A stretch of 64,000 nucleotides of DNA from Vicugna vicugna (lineage: Eukaryota): assembly GCA_013265495.1 (NCBI GenBank), contig MU058584.1:1028616-1092615 (forward strand), written 5' to 3'. The notes beneath the pieces were generated by a model. It was not told the DNA's origin. It worked only from the letters and a program-made list of their open reading frames with translations, and did no database searches. The first letter of the stretch is position 1. Each line of letters opens with the position of its first letter. Positions 61,697 through 64,000 of the stretch are shown piece after piece. Both the position numbers and the translations under genes were made by a program.

Positions 61697-64000
61697 CTGC
61701 TGTTGGCTGTTGTTTAGTATCTCCAAGTGGATTAAATCACCCACAATCCCCCAACAGTGCTCTAGTGACATAATTTTTAACATCCTAGTGCATTTTCCCA
61801 CTTGCTTTCTACAAAGTAAGAGTGGAAACTGGATGGCGATTGTCAAAAAGCCCCTGCCACTTCTACATGTTTCTAACCAGGCTTCAAAGAGAACACATTT
61901 CAGAGAGCAGATCTGAATTATAAGGAGGACCACTGTAACTGAAATCAGAAGATTTGCACTCCAGTCTTAGTTATTACTTCCTAATTATTATCCTCAGTAA
62001 TTTCCTAACTTAATCTCTCTAAAGTGTATTTTCCTTCTCTGAAAAAAACAGGCTTAAAAATTGTTTCCCTTCCCTTATCTCACCCCCAGCCTGCACCTTA
62101 CTGTAAGGGCCGCACAAGAATGTGTATGTGGAAGCACATGGGTGTTGTGCTGGGTCAGGAGAGAGGAGGTGGATTTTCTGGGATGTGAGCCAGTTTTCTG
62201 AAGCTCTAAGACATGGCCTTTGTGTATTTCCCCATTTCTTGGAGGGTTTATATAAAGCTCTTTCTCACTGTGTCAGTTGTAAACTTTTGTATAAGCCATT
62301 CATTCCTTTTCTGATTATTAAGCAGAGAGAATTCTGATCTAGAGAGTAAAACTTGATATAGATTGAGAAGAATCTCCAGGTTGCTTTCCTGGATGAATAA
62401 TGAAATAGTAATGAACTTTCTTTTCAAAGATTTCCAACAGTGAGCTCATCCCCATTTCCTCCAGGGAGGAGAAAAAAAAAAAAAGACACATTTCCTTGAT
62501 CAAAATGTGAAATCATCTTAGAAGCTGATTGTGAATATGTAAGAGACTATAGCTCCTGGCCTCTTGACACAAGTAGTTTGTGTCTTCGTGGTCTGAAGGG
62601 GCTAGAATACAGCAGGTGCTCAATAAATGCCCATTCTGTGGATGGAAAGTGTAACTGGGGGCAGAGGTATTGAGACAGGTGTCAAGATCAGATGAGAGTC
62701 ATGGGATAACTGAGTATAAGTAGAATCTGTGAAAAAGAGAGGGCGGGGAAATATTCTACTATGTCAACACTTTTTCCTTCTGTCCTACTTTTTGCTCAGG
62801 ATGACAAGCCAGGAAGACGAGGAGCAAAAATGATAAAAATAAAACTGGAGCTAATGACGTCCACCTCTAGTTTGGGATAGGATACTAATTTATTGCTGAA
62901 ATCATGACAGGATTTAAAATGGAGACACATGACGGCACCAGTGTTTGAAATGAGACATTGAGGTGATCAGAGCTCACACTCTGAATACTTCTTCCTTTCC
63001 CTTCTCTCCTATCTCATCATTTGTTTGTGTCTATTTTTGAGACTAGAAGTCCTATCTTCTTTGTCTTCACATCAGCCATGATACTTTTAGCACTATTCAT
63101 TTGGAATTAGCCCCCAAATGCAGTTAATAATAATCATGGCCTCATTTTCCAATTATCTGAAATTTAAGATGAGAAACATCTCAGCTTCAAGACTTATCAC
63201 TAGAAATCTTTCTAAAGTTCACTCATCCATTTTTGGCCTTAAGGGAGAACATGTGAAGAGCATAACTGAATTTCTGATGACTCAGTGACTTGTAGAAACA
63301 TGAGCATGACCATTAATTCTCATTTGTCAGAGGAATAGGATCCTCAGGAGGGAGGGAAGGAGCCCAGAGAAAGAGCTTGGGCCAAAGTGTGCTGATTTTA
63401 GAGCCTACTCTGGGAGCTTTTAACAATAGATTTCTAAGGCAAATATTTCCCCCTATACCTTGACATTTCCTCCTAAAAGCTGAATACAGTTTCAACAGTA
63501 CAACTTAAAATTAGGTTGTGTGGAGTTCAACAAGTCTAGATCTTGCCTGCCTTCTTCCCTCTTCCAGTTTGATCAATACAGTCACTCCTCTTGCATTTGA
63601 TTAAGGCAGTCCCTACCCCTCAAACTGTAATACTTACCGAGAACCCTGAGGGACAAGTCTACACAGCATAGCCTGGGATTTACTGTCAGTCTGTCTCTGT
63701 TCATCCCTCTGCCCACTCAGCTTCCAACTCATTTTCCTAAAACACAGGCCCTCATGCTGTCCGCTCTATTTTCTTGCCACAAGGATGACATTTTTTATCG
63801 GGTAAGACAGACCATCTTTCCTTCCCCGAAATTCAACCCTTTGAAAAGAGTTCTATCCTGGCCACCACCATTCTTAGGCTTCCATGAGGCAAAGCCAGAT
63901 GCTGAGTGCTCCAACTGCTAAGGTAGGTGAAGCAGCTGAGTTTCTGGGTGAGGGCATAAGCGCAGTAGAGGAGGAGGAGGTTAAGTCTGCTGCAGATGTC

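Noticed and set aside
1..64000. Prokaryotic systems (CRISPR arrays, operons, rRNA)
   Set aside because: The sequence is mammalian and repeat-rich; no regularly spaced repeat-spacer array or dense coding was seen.

Overview
Mammalian genomic DNA, very probably from a camelid (camel/alpaca/llama): two copies of the tRNA-derived Vic-1-type SINE and camelid-style L1 3' ends are present. The window is intergenic or deep intronic. I recognise no intact protein-coding gene, and the ORF track is mostly chance ORFs. Much of the sequence is old interspersed repeat: MIR, L2, L1M, MLT1/MLT2, LTR33, MER5/20/45 and ERV fragments. The outstanding item is a ~1.45 kb minus-strand segment (~56228-57670) that translates, across stops and frameshifts, into a decayed endogenous bornavirus-like element (EBL). 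Its order is X/P - A7 junction - M - start of G - probable start of L - A-rich tail. This is the orthobornavirus gene order, apparently copied from a read-through and probably spliced viral mRNA, and later interrupted by an old MLT1A-type LTR. Alignments were made by eye against BoDV-1 proteins recalled from memory: M is the best supported, P and G are moderate, X and L are weak. Secondary points are a twin-primed inverted L1, a class III ERV fragment with a tRNA-Ser PBS, an AT-rich palindrome, and RFX/SOX/POU motif clusters. Repeat boundaries are approximate.
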